From contig NC_059430.1 of assembly GCF_021028975.2 (NCBI RefSeq), positions 24,490,001-24,554,000 on the forward strand: a stretch of DNA of 64,000 nucleotides, written 5' to 3'. Positions 20,555-31,009 of this stretch are shown piece by piece. A model generated the notes under the pieces. That model did not search any database. It was given only the letters and a program-made list of their open reading frames with translations, and was not told the DNA's origin. The DNA comes from Sphaerodactylus townsendi (lineage: Eukaryota). How positions within the stretch are numbered: the stretch's first letter is position 1; every line of letters begins with the position of its first letter. Both the position numbers and the translations under genes were made by a program.

Positions 20555-23174
20555 TCTATAACCTTCAGCTTATTCTCTCTAGTACTAGGTGAACTCCTTC
20601 CCACTTGAATATTGTCTCCCTCCCCCAACTCACTCAGTTTAAAGCCCTCCTGACAAGGTTTGTCAATTTCCTAGCAAATGGTAGAGCATGGAAAAATGGA
20701 AGAGTATATCCCCGGCTCTTCTCCCCCAGAAACGCGTTGTTATATTCTACTGCTAGCAAACTGGTACAAAAATTGCTGACTGCAACTAATTATTTTGGTG
20801 GTAGAAAGGGCTGTCAAGTTACTGTTGACTTACAGTGAAACCTGTAGGGTTTTCAAGGCATCTTTGGACACTCTGCTGTCTTCCTCTTTAGTGAAGGAAT
20901 GTGCATCTCCTATTAATAATTATGAAGAGGAAGACAATTTTCCCCTCCTACCCCAGCAGGCTATCTGGCCTATGCATTACATGGACCTGGAAAACAATGC
21001 CATTGGCATGAGGCTTTAAAATATTTTGCTTCTTCAGATGCCGCAGCTATACAATCTGAGAAGTGCATCTCCAGATTTTCGGAAATTGGCAGTCACAAAG
21101 GGATGCTGCGATGCAACCCTGAACAGTAGCATGCAATCCAAGAATTATGCCCTGGCTTTCCAGGGAGAATTGCAAGGAATGCCAGGACATACCTGCGTGT
21201 GATTTCAGTGGTACTAATACTGATGCTCTGTGTCCCCTTGGTTTCACTGTGCCCTTATTCCAAGCTTTGGCCACTGGCTCTGAATATGGGCAAACAATGT
21301 GCAGCACTAACAATAAAGTGTAGTGAGTTCTCTCCCCCCCTCCCCCCCCCACACACAATGTGTGTGTTAGGCTTCCATTTCTCAGTGTTGTTGCAAGGTT
21401 AGAAATTAAAACCATAAATCATTTTTGCACACTGAAAGTACCACAGATGTTAATAATTAGGACTGCAAACTTTAATTGGTTTAATGAATCGATCCGTCAA
21501 CTGAAAATGTAGTTGGCTGATCAGCTGAACTAATTTTAATCAGTGAGGATAAATTTTTATTAGAAGGGCTCTGAGCTAAAAATCACATTTGTTTATTTTT
21601 TTTAGAGGATAGTAGATTCCAACTGTAAATTCCAACTGTTTTTGTAATCCTCCTGACTGATGCAAACCAAGAGGTGGCTGAAATGTATTCATGGGCTACA
21701 TTAAGATGTCCTGAGAGGGCTTTTCAGGAGAGAAATGTCTTGTGGTACCTTAAAGCCCAAAAGGCTTTATTTCACTGTGAAGTTTCATAGACCAGAGCCT
21801 ACTTTGTAAGACGCAACAAATGGATCCTCACTATTAGACTCGTTTAATTTCATTTCATTTACTGGAACAAAATATTGTGACTTTAGTTTAAGGTGCAGAG
21901 TTAACACAATTAGCCTTCCGGAATTATTAAGAAGGGAAATTAATATCCCAGTCTCCTGGACGCTGGGAACAACAGCATCAGCCCTAGTTCTTCTAGTTTG
22001 CCCACGTTGAAATCTTCAGGGCACTTCTCTGGGAGTAAGCCCCATTTAAGAACTTGAGATTTACTTCTGAGTAGCCCTGCCTACGATTCCTCACTTAGAG
22101 AATGATCTCGCATCACATGTGAGGCTTGGCAGTGGCGATCCTTGTTTGGATTCTCAGCAGCATGGAGAGGTGTGATGTGTACCAAAATGACCGTACTGGG
22201 GAAAAGAAACAATTAAGCTCAGGAGAAATTAAAGAGAAATGTAAAAGACCAGGTTCCAATTGCTGGGGGCATTTTTGACCAGAAAACAGCACAGCAAAGA
22301 GTTAAATCCACTTCCTCATGGCTGTGAACCACTTCCCTTTCACCAAGGCTAGGCTACTTTTGAAGATTCCCCAGCATCATGCAGCAAACCCTCCCCACCC
22401 ACCCCCAAAACACACGCACACAAGGCGTACAAATGTATTAACGTTCCGCAGGTTTGATGGAGGTAAGGAGCCAGCCCCCGCCTGGATTTCTTTCTAGCAT
22501 TCACAGTCCAGATTGATGGATTGTGTTGTGTTTTGAAAGCAAACAGAGTAAGGAGAGAGCATTAACCCAAAAGCACGACGGAGATCAACCGCAGTGATTT
22601 ACCACAGACATTCCTTTCTCGCCCTCCCTCTCGAACACGTGGGAGCAAAAGGTGAAACCCTCCCAAGGCACAGCCCACAGCAAGAGTCCCACAGGCGCAG
22701 GCGAGGAGGCTCCGCTCCCCCGCCGTAGTTTTTTTGGTCTTGCTTTGTTTTTGGCAGGCGGGGCAGTTGCTCACGTTTGAGTTCATCACTTGTCGCCAAA
22801 AAGCAACTTCCCAACCTTGGGTCCTACCTTGTGAATTTCTCTCCCCGCTGCAGGGGTCCGTCCTTGCCAGCAGGCGGCAGCATTGCCTGACATTTGGGGT
22901 CTGCAGCTGAGCCATCTCAGATCGTTTTCACAAGTAACACCTAAATCGCTTTCTTGTATTGGAAATGTGCTGCCTGCCTCAATTAGAATCATGTGTGAGT
23001 TGATTGTTTTGTTTCACTTGTTACCATTTCAGGCTTAAGTGTACTTAACGTCACTGGTGCAAAAGTGCAAAAGCAACCCAGATTGTTTCCAGCACACATG
23101 TGAATGGGGAAAAGGAAAATGTGTTCCTTTATAATGACTGCAATTCATTATATATTTGCTGTAAGGAATCGACT

Positions 23175-23335
23175 GGAGTCTGCCCTGGTTACTGTTTGGA
23201 TTGGAGACCACTCAAGAAAGACCAGGGTAGCTATGCAGAGGCAGGCAATGGCAAACCACCTGGGAACTTCTTTTGCCTTGAAAACCCAATGGGGCCCCAG
23301 TAAGTCAGCTGTGACTTGACTGCACTTTCCAACAC
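23175..23335 (+). mobile_element. 5S-derived SINE remnant with Bov-B/Sauria-type tail (related copies ~43600-43760, ~52000-52230, ~58830-58995 on -)
   Basis: 5S-like box (TTGGATTGGAGACC) followed by GGCAATGGCAAACCACCT...TGCCTTGAAAACCC. Confidence 0.55.
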
Positions 23336-24362
23336 AAATTCAGTCTGGCTTGCTTCCCCCAAAGTCCCTAGGATTGGAGGATAATATTCCATTTAGAGCT
23401 CCTTTCACAGCTCTCCCACAGTTGCTTGTGTGAGCTTGTACAGTACAGTAAGGCTTTATTGTAGAGCCATAGGCCATTACAATATTAAAACATATAAATT
23501 AACATAATGTATAATAAACATTTTCCCAACTAAGAATAAAATATATAGGCCCTCAGTCTCTCTCAATTCACCCTTCCAATGTATCTGAGCTAGAATTTAA
23601 CACATCTTGTGCAAATTTCGATCATACTATTTCTTTCCATATAGTCTTAGAGTGAATCTTTGAAGCTGCCAGTGCAAAAAGGCCAACCCTATAGGATATG
23701 AAAGGATCTGAATCTGAGGCCGTTTCCGCACACGCATTTCAGGCGCTTCGGCAAGAATTCTGCCGGCGTGGGGCCGGAAAACGGCCGCGCATCGCGTCGT
23801 CGCGGCCTCAGGAGAGGCCGGCGGACGACAGGCGGCTTCGCATGGAGCCGCCTCTGCCCCTTCCCTTTCCCACTCACCTTGTCCCTGTCGTCAGCCTGCT
23901 GGCCTCCGAAGCCCCGCCCACGCTGCCCTCTGACCTCCAGGGGTCGGAGGACAGTGAGGGAGGGGCTTTGGAGGCCAGCAGGCCGACGACGGGGACAAGG
24001 TGAGTGGGAAAGGGAAGGGAAACGACCCATTGGATACTCACTGTGAAGGGGTCTTCTCTTGGGTGGTGGAAGCCATCTTGTGGGGTTTTCTCTCTCGACC
24101 AATAGGTAGGCAGGAAAAGATTCTTGGTCCCGCCCTGTCGTCTGTTGCCGCCAATTTGCCCCAGTATCTGACCAGCCGAGTAGCTTCACACAACAACAGA
24201 ACATAGTCCAAAGCCGGACACTTAAAGTTCAACATGGGGAAGGGACCAAGTAAACAATAACAATAACACAAACAAGAAACAGTAAACATGAGCAGGCTCC
24301 AATGACTAACAAAACAACTCTGGCCCGGAGCATGATGTCGGAAAGGAACGAACAGGGAGGGC

Positions 24363-24452
24363 CAAGATGGCTTCCACCACCCAAGAGAAGACCCCTTCAC
24401 GGTGAGTATCTAATGGGTCGTTCTCTTGGATGGTTTCAGCCATCTTGTGGGG
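24363..24452 (+). repeat. DIRS copy C ICR
   Basis: 5' half is complementary to 24021-24080 (2 mismatches). 3' half is complementary to the left terminus of copy B (12951-12980) and of copy C (which has a 9-bp deletion). Confidence 0.92.
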
Positions 24453-24487
24453 ACTCCCCAAGCAGTAACCCAATAGGGTGGGTTCAG

Positions 24488-25789
24488 TTAATCTCCGACA
24501 ACGTGCTCCAGGACTCTTCTCCCGAAAGACGCCTGCAGGGCATCCAGGGAGGTCAACCTGTAATGTCTTACAAAAGACGAAGCAGAGGCCCAAGTGGCCG
24601 CCCTACAGATCTGCTCCAGAGGAACATGCTTATACAGAGCCGCATTAGCGGCTGCGCTCCTCGTAGAATGAGCAGTAATCCCAAGAGGGATGGGAAGCTG
24701 ATTGGCCTTATGCGCCGCAATGATGCAAGCTCTGATGTTCCTGGCCGATGTTATGGCCACCAAGAAGAGGAGCTTCATCCTAAGCCATCGCAGGTGTATA
24801 GACTGGACTGGCTCGAACGGGGACTTAGTGAGCACATCCAGAACTGCATGCAGCCTCCAGGACGGGAAGCGATGAACTACTAGCCCCTGCGACTGCAGAA
24901 CTCCCTTCAGGAATTTTAGAATATCTGGGTGCCTGTTTACAGGTAGACCGTCCAGCAGTGGGAGGACCGTAGCCAATGCCGCCAGCTGCCTACGAAGGGT
25001 GGCACTACGCAGACCGTTTGCGAAGCCTTCCTGTAAAAAGCTAAGGACAGAAGCCACTGAAGGCAACTCTGGATCTACGCCCTTCCTGTTGCACCATCTA
25101 GCGAAAGCCTTCCAGGAGGAGTTATAGATCGCAATGGTGGACTTGCGCCTGGCCGCAACGATGGTGTCGATGACGGCGGTGGAGTAGCCTTTCCTTCTCA
25201 ATCTCCGCCGCTCAAGAGCCAGGCGGTCAGCCTGAGCCACCCTGGATCTTGGTGGAAGAGGGGGCCTTGAGACAGCAAGTCGGGCGTTACGGGCAGCAGC
25301 AGCGGCTGGGCGATGGCAAGTTGTTGTAGAACTGAGTACCAGGACCTCCTGGGCCAGTCTGGCGCTACCAAGATGACCTCCCTCCCCTCTGTCTGCACCC
25401 TCCGGAGCAGCCGATGTAATAGAGGTAGAGGTGGAAAGGCATAAAGTAGACCCCCTGGCCAGGGGGCTGTCAGAGCGTCGGTAGCCCTCGCGCTGGGATG
25501 GTAGAACCGTGTCATGAAGCAATCCATCTGCGCGTTGCGAGGGGAGGCAAAGAGATCGATCACCGGTTCTCCGAACTTGGCCGCAATCTCTTGAAATACT
25601 TCCGACTTCAGCTTCCATTCGGCATTGGAGAGCTTGGTCCGGCTGAGCCAATCCGCCTCCACATTCAGACATCCTCTCACATGCTCCGCTCTCAGCGACG
25701 CAAGATTGGTCTCGGCCCACAAAAGGATTGGGAATGCTTCCTTGTGTAACTGTAGGGATCGTAATCCCCCTTGATGGTTCAGGTAGCAT
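24488..25789 (-). pseudogene. DIRS copy C tyrosine recombinase with in-frame deletion of ~106 codons
   Basis: Reads FLVAITSAR^NIRAC where copy A has ITSAR-RVSEI...SISA-NLKAC. Retains AHSTR, W and RHY. Confidence 0.88.
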
Positions 25790-27080
25790 TTGGCCGATAT
25801 GTTGTCCGTGTGGACGACCTCACATGTCGGCGGGAGGAGTAGGACGCCTGAAGGATTTTAACGCTTCTAAAAAAGATTGCTTTGACTTCCAGCACATTGA
25901 TGGGTAGATGGGGCTGAGCTGCTGACCAGGGCCCCTGTACCTGGTGTTGATTTAGTTTGGCGCCCCGCCTCGACAGGCTGGCGTCTGAGAATATGTGAAG
26001 CACGTTCTGGGGCGCAAATACCTTCCCTTTGGTGAGATTGGACTTGACAGTCCACCATAGGAGACTGTGTCGCACCGCGGGTGGCAAGGACAGGGAGCGA
26101 TGTTTTCTGTGAATGATCTGAATGGCAAAAGGTCTCAGAAAGGCTTGCAGCGGCCGCGCGTGGGCCCTTGCCCATTGGATTAAGTCTATAGTGGACAAGA
26201 GTAGACCCAACAAACTTGCTAGCTGCATCAGGGAGTCTGCTATGACCTTGCGACAGGCCTCCTGGATTTTTGTAACCTTGTTGTGAGGCACAAACAGGGT
26301 GCAGGAAGTAGTGTTGATTAGAGCCCCCAGGTGTTCCATCTGTTGAGAGGGGAGTGTTGAGCTCTTCCGCAAATTTACCAGGAACCCGTGTTCCGAAAGT
26401 GTCCTCTGGACAATAGTGACATCCCTGAGGGCCTGGGTTCGAGACCTGGACCTGATAAGCAGGTCATCCAGGTAAGGGTATATATGAATGCCCTTGCTGC
26501 GTAGGAGGGCTATCGGGGCTACCAAAACTTTGGTAAAAACTCTGGGAGCTGTGGCCTTAACTAACGGAGAGCGACATACTGGAAATGACGGTCTCCCAGA
26601 GCAAATCTGAGGAAGCGAAAGTGCGCTTGATTGATTGGGATGTGCAGGTACGCTTCCTTCAGATCTAAGGACGTGAGATAGTCGTCCTGTTGAATTGCTG
26701 CCACCGTGGACCTGAGAGATTCCATCCTGAAGCGGAATTTCCGCAGGTGCCTGTTGAGGTGCCGAAGGTTGAGAATGGCTCTGGTGTCCCCGTTCTTTTT
26801 GGGGACAGTAAAGAAGTGGGAATAAATTCCCTGGCTGCGTTGGTTCATTGGCACCGGCTCTATCGCCTGGATGGACAGTAGGTGCACGATGGCAGCATTC
26901 AACCTGTCCCTCTTCTCTGGTTGGGATCCTATGGGAGAGGGAATGAATTTGTCTTTGGGCCAGAAAAGGAACTCTAAGGAGTAGTCTGAAGAAACTATCT
27001 CCTGAATCCAGCGGTCGGCATGGGGGAGCACCCACAGGTGCTGGAAGTGACGTAGTCGCCCGCCGACCGGAATAGCTAAA
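25198..27080 (-). pseudogene. DIRS copy C pol, frameshifted
   Basis: Pieces 26561-27031, 25779-~26560 (YLDD, SDAS) and 25198-25722 (ADWLSR, IDLFA, LYAFPP). Confidence 0.9.
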
Positions 27081-27083
27081 GAG

Positions 27084-28788
27084 TCAGGCCTTGTTGTTGG
27101 GACTGGGTTCAGATCTGAAGGGTTTTCCCGACTTGCCCTGACCCTGAAAGTCCTGTCGTCTACGAAAGGAATTGTGTCCCTGCCAGCCGGTCTTTTTGTT
27201 GTCCCTTTGAGGGTGATATGTGGACCGAAAGGAAGGCCTAGGTGTGAACCTAGGTTTGTCAGATCTAACTGACCTAGGCATGGTCTTTTTGTGGTCTTTT
27301 GTTTCCACTAATATTTTGTCTAGCTGTGTTCCGAATAGAATTCCCCCTTGGAAATCGTAGCTGGCCACTACCGTTTTTGACAGATTGTCTGCTTGCCACG
27401 GTTTTAACCACAGCAACCGCCGAGCTACGGATGCAGAAGCCATGATGCGCGATGTTGTTAAAAAAGCATCTAAGGAGGCATCTGCTAAGAAGGAGACAGC
27501 CATCATCACTCTCTCCACCCCCTCCCTGATGCCCTGATCCTGGGGAGGAATGATGGACAAAAGACGTTGTAGCCACACGATGGTGGCCCTGGAGACTGTG
27601 GCTGCAGGAGCCAGTATTCTAGCCGCCATGGCCGCCCCTTCGTGCACTCTGCGCATGCTGGCGTCGGCTTTTCTATCCATGGCATCCTTTAAGTTGCCTT
27701 TCCCGTCTTGACAGACCAAACCCTCGGAGTGCAGGGCAGAAACTGGGCCGTCCACGAGAGGGGTCCTAATTGTGGAGGTGCTCTGGGGCCAGATATAATT
27801 TTTTGAAAATTTGAGGGAACCCCCTATTTGCCGCTGGGCTGATCCATTCTTTTTTAAATTTTCTTTCGAATGACTCGGGAAGTGGAAAAAACTGCACACT
27901 TTCCTCTTCAGCGAAGATGGCAGTAAGCCCTTTAGGGACGCCCTTGATCGGTTTAGAGGGCTTGGTAGCATTGGGGTCTTCAGCTTCTGCTGAATCATGA
28001 AGATCCAAAGCTGAAATAGTTTTTGCTAGTAAGATTGCCAGTTGTTCTGACTTGAACAGGCGATGTGTTTGTTCCGCGACTTGGGGAACTTGGGTGTCTG
28101 GATCAGAGAAATGGTCTGAATCTGGATCCAGTTCACCCTCACTGACATCATTAATGTCAGAGTCCAAAATGCTGGGGCGCCAGCACGACACCTCCCTGCC
28201 TGGCCTGGGTGACCTAGAGCAGGCTTGAACCCTGCGATGCCTTTCACTAAGGCCAATGGAACTGAGGCGGTGATCAACCTTCTCTCCAAAGGAGGAGCGC
28301 ATTAATTCCACCAACTGGTGGGGGGAAAAGCGGCTCCAATCCGCCGGAATGTCGCCCGCCCTAGTTGGGACCGGAGGGAGCGAAGACTCTTGCCTGACCA
28401 ACGACAAGTTCGTGGTGCACTCAGGATTCCGTTGCCGCTGCAGAGGCGGTGCAGGTAGGGCGGGGCGGGCCAGCGCGGGGCCTTGCAGACCTCCGTTTGC
28501 GCCCAGGGCCTGTTCCAGAGGCCCGTGATCGCGGCCGCGGCTCTCCCTTGGCGCCTCCCGGCGACCGGAGCAAGGATCGGCTGAGGTAGCGCGGCGCCCG
28601 TTGTAGCCGCGCGGAGAGCGGGAAGCGCTCCTGCGTCTTCCCCTGCGATCCGCCGCGATCTCCCTCTCCTCCGACTCAGCCCAGCCACTACGTGGGGGCG
28701 AGCGGAGGGCTCGGGCGGAGGCCCGGGTATTTTCTGCAGCCAACCTGCAGAAGGACTCCCTCTCCGGGGAAAAAGGCGCCGTCGTCAT
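27084..28788 (-). pseudogene. DIRS copy C gag, one frameshift near 27770
   Basis: ATG at 28788 (MTTAPFSPERESFCRLAAENTRAS). Continues in ORF 27084-27998 after HLHN. Confidence 0.87.
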
Positions 28789-30066
28789 TGCTGAGGTGAA
28801 TTTTGGCGCGCAGTTCTTGATCACACCATTGGTCCCAGGGAAGGGAGGGGAGGTGTGGGGGCAGAGATAAGGATCACAAACAAGGGAAATCACAATAAAG
28901 ACAAAAACACACACTGAGGTAAAGTTAGGAAGATTAAGCACGGAGCCTGACGAAGTTGCTGCACTACCTACGAGGCAGGAAAAGATACTGGGGCAAATTG
29001 GCGGCAACAGACGACAGGGCGGGACCAAGAATCTTTTCCTGCCTACCTATTGGTCGAGAGAGAAAACCCCACAAGATGGTCCAAGAGAACAGCATGCTCC
29101 CGGCGGTGCTGTTCGCACCGCGCCGCCGGGAAGACGCTGTTCCCTCAAAAACAACCCTTTAAAGGGTTGTTTTTAAGGGCGGCCTGACGCCGCCCTGAGG
29201 GAGGGGAAGGGCAGCCAGGTCGGCACTGCTGCGTTTCAGCAGCGCCGCCTGTGCGAACGGCGGCCTGGGGGCGGTGTTTTTACTGCCCCCAGGCCGCCGT
29301 TTTTGGCCCATGCGGAAACGGCCTGAGAGAAGAAGGTATATTTTATCTGCATCAGAACAAATCTGGGGCATGGATATAAAGCTGAGAAGGAACTTGGCCC
29401 TAGGCTAGTCATACAAGGGGCAGTTCAACACATAGTGAGGTGTGATTTTGTATGAAGTTTCTGATTCACTGGCCATGCAGGAAGATGGCTTTGCAATTGT
29501 ATGGTGTAGAATGCAGGACTGGAGCATGGGAGACCCTGGAAGCTCACGAGGTAGACCTTGCTCCACTTAGACTAGCCTACAGCATAGAGGGCAGTCAGGA
29601 TAATATGGGATGGGGGGAGATGGTGTTATATACCACTTAGAGTTCCTGCAAGGGACACAAGCAAGGTATGAACATCCAAAGAAATAAACCTTCCTGCACT
29701 TTACAGTGCATGTGAGAGTTCAGTCTAAAGGCTTATTTCGTAATAGAAACAAACATTTGACTTGCAGGGAAGATGTCCCGTCCTCCCACCTCTGCTTCTG
29801 GCTCTTGCCTTCAGAAAACACACAGGGGGCTCTGCTGAAGACCAGCAGGCTGTTCTGCCCTCATCATTTCCGACCGTTTGTCATTATTCCTCAGAAACAC
29901 CTACTTAATTTGGCTGGTACGAGATGTGAAAACTAGGCACACCATTTTTTATTAAAACACATCTTTCTTTGCAGCTTCATTTGAAATATGACATCCTTGC
30001 AAAGGGGCTAGGCGCCTCTTGTTCTTACAGACCCTGCCCTATGGAATAAAAGACCTCTAGGAAAGC

Positions 30067-30195
30067 ACTTGCCCAAGGAGTTGCATTTGCCCAAGGAGAA
30101 AAAAGGACTAAGAAACATACAGCATTTGCCTAAGGAGAAAAAAGGACTAAGCTGCATTTGCCCAAGGAGAAAAAAGGACTAAGAAACATACAGCA
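30067..30195. repeat. Short irregular tandem repeat (GCATTTGCCCAAGGAGAAAAAAGGACTAAG units)
   Basis: Three full units and one partial unit seen directly. Confidence 0.85.
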
Positions 30196-30260
30196 GAAAT
30201 TGGTGACTATGGCCACATGGGCAGGGAATGTCTCAATAGAGGTATGTAGGGGGTCACTTG

Positions 30261-30396
30261 AAGTGGTGGGATTCAAATAATTTAACAACCGGTTCCGGTG
30301 GTGGGATTCAAATAATTTAACAACTGGTTGCTTACAAGCACCATTTTAACAACTGGTTCTGCTGAAATGGTGTGAACCTGCTGAATCCCACCACTG
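30261..30396. mobile_element. hAT-type MITE
   Basis: TIRs (C>A)AGTGGTGGGATTCA / TGAATCCCACCACTG. TSD GTCACTTG/GTCACTTC. Internal duplication of the left 35 bp. Confidence 0.8.
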
Positions 30397-30785
30397 GTCA
30401 CTTCCTACCTTGCATGTGCACCAACATTATAACTCTGAGATAAACCCTTCTCTAAAATGCCACTTTTTTCCCCGCTGGGGACCCAAACTGGATTATAACA
30501 TTCTCCCCTTCTCCATTAGACTACAACAGTGCTATAGGAGAGAGAGCAGAGCATATGAGTGTGTTTACCAAGAGAAAATAGCTGCACTGGAATGTTAATG
30601 TGACCCAACAACACCACAATTACTATGGTTTTGTATATATAATATGGGATACTGGACAAACATAGAAGTATCATTAGCGTAACTTCCTCTGATGTGGAGA
30701 ATCACAAGGACAGCCTTTAGTGATGAATTTCAAAGTGCACTGAAGCCCAGAGTCTTGCCAAAGGTTTGTAGCATCACCGTAAATT

Positions 30786-31009
30786 AGCTTTGCCAACCTC
30801 CAGACGGTGCCTGGACATCTCCTGGAATTACAACTGATTTTCAGATGGCAGAAATCAGTTCCCCCGGAGGAAATAATGGTTGCTTCGGAGAGTGGACTTT
30901 ACAGCATTACAATCGACTGAGGTCTTTTCCTCCTCTCCTCAAACCCCTCTCTCCCCAGGCCCCACCCCCAAGTCTGCAGGAATTTTCTAACCCAGAGTTG
31001 GTAACCCTA
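30786..31009. mobile_element. MITE with (TAG)GGTTGCCA termini (related copies ~32549-32745, ~41370-41435, ~42218-42400)
   Basis: Shared TTGCCAACCTCCAG...GATCTCCTGGAATTACA...GGCATTATACCC...GGCAACCCTA core across four loci. Confidence 0.65.

Larger units (their letters stand above)
16699..20680 (-). mobile_element. 5'-truncated, decayed CR1 LINE (ORF1 end plus ORF2 APE-RT) with three nested insertions
   Basis: ORF remnants VVMGDFNYPD, ILDLLL, GGSDH (endonuclease); VPQGSILGPVLFN, KFAGDTKL (RT); [24 protein letters not shown]1-type 3' end AGAATCATAGAGTTGGAAG at ~16700. Confidence 0.93.
24021..29089 (-). mobile_element. Full-length but defective DIRS1-like element (copy C)
   Basis: Identical 97-bp ITR cores (24073-24169 vs 28983-29079). 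ICR at ~24363-24450. gag, pol and YR remnants in canonical order. Confidence 0.95.
23718..29323. mobile_element. PIF/Harbinger-type MITE (copy 2; 23718-~24020 plus 29090-29323), interrupted by DIRS copy C
   Basis: TIRs GGCCGTTTCCGCA / TGCGGAAACGGCC. 3-bp TSD TGA (23715-23717, 29324-29326). The two halves are colinear with 19891-20554. Confidence 0.88.
23460..29470 (-). mobile_element. Old LINE 3'-end fragment (RTE-X-like C-terminus; pieces ~23460-23717 and 29324-~29470) split by the MITE/DIRS nest
   Basis: Removing 23718-29323 and one TGA restores the frame PHYVLNCPLYD*PRAKFLL...IYLLLSDSDPFISYRVGLFALAASKIHSK (zinc-knuckle-type LINE C-terminus). Clade uncertain. Confidence 0.65.

Noticed and set aside
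19823-20628. Multiple overlapping Arg/Pro/Ala-rich ORFs
   Set aside because: Artefacts of a GC-rich MITE. The same applies to ORFs at 23689-24204, 55988-56333 and the antisense ORFs within the DIRS copies.
4152-25789. Trans-complementation between copy A YR (no Tyr) and copy C YR (Tyr present, first Arg/Lys region deleted)
   Set aside because: The copies belong to different families, a 106-aa deletion probably unfolds the domain, and I have no evidence that DIRS YRs donate Tyr in trans.
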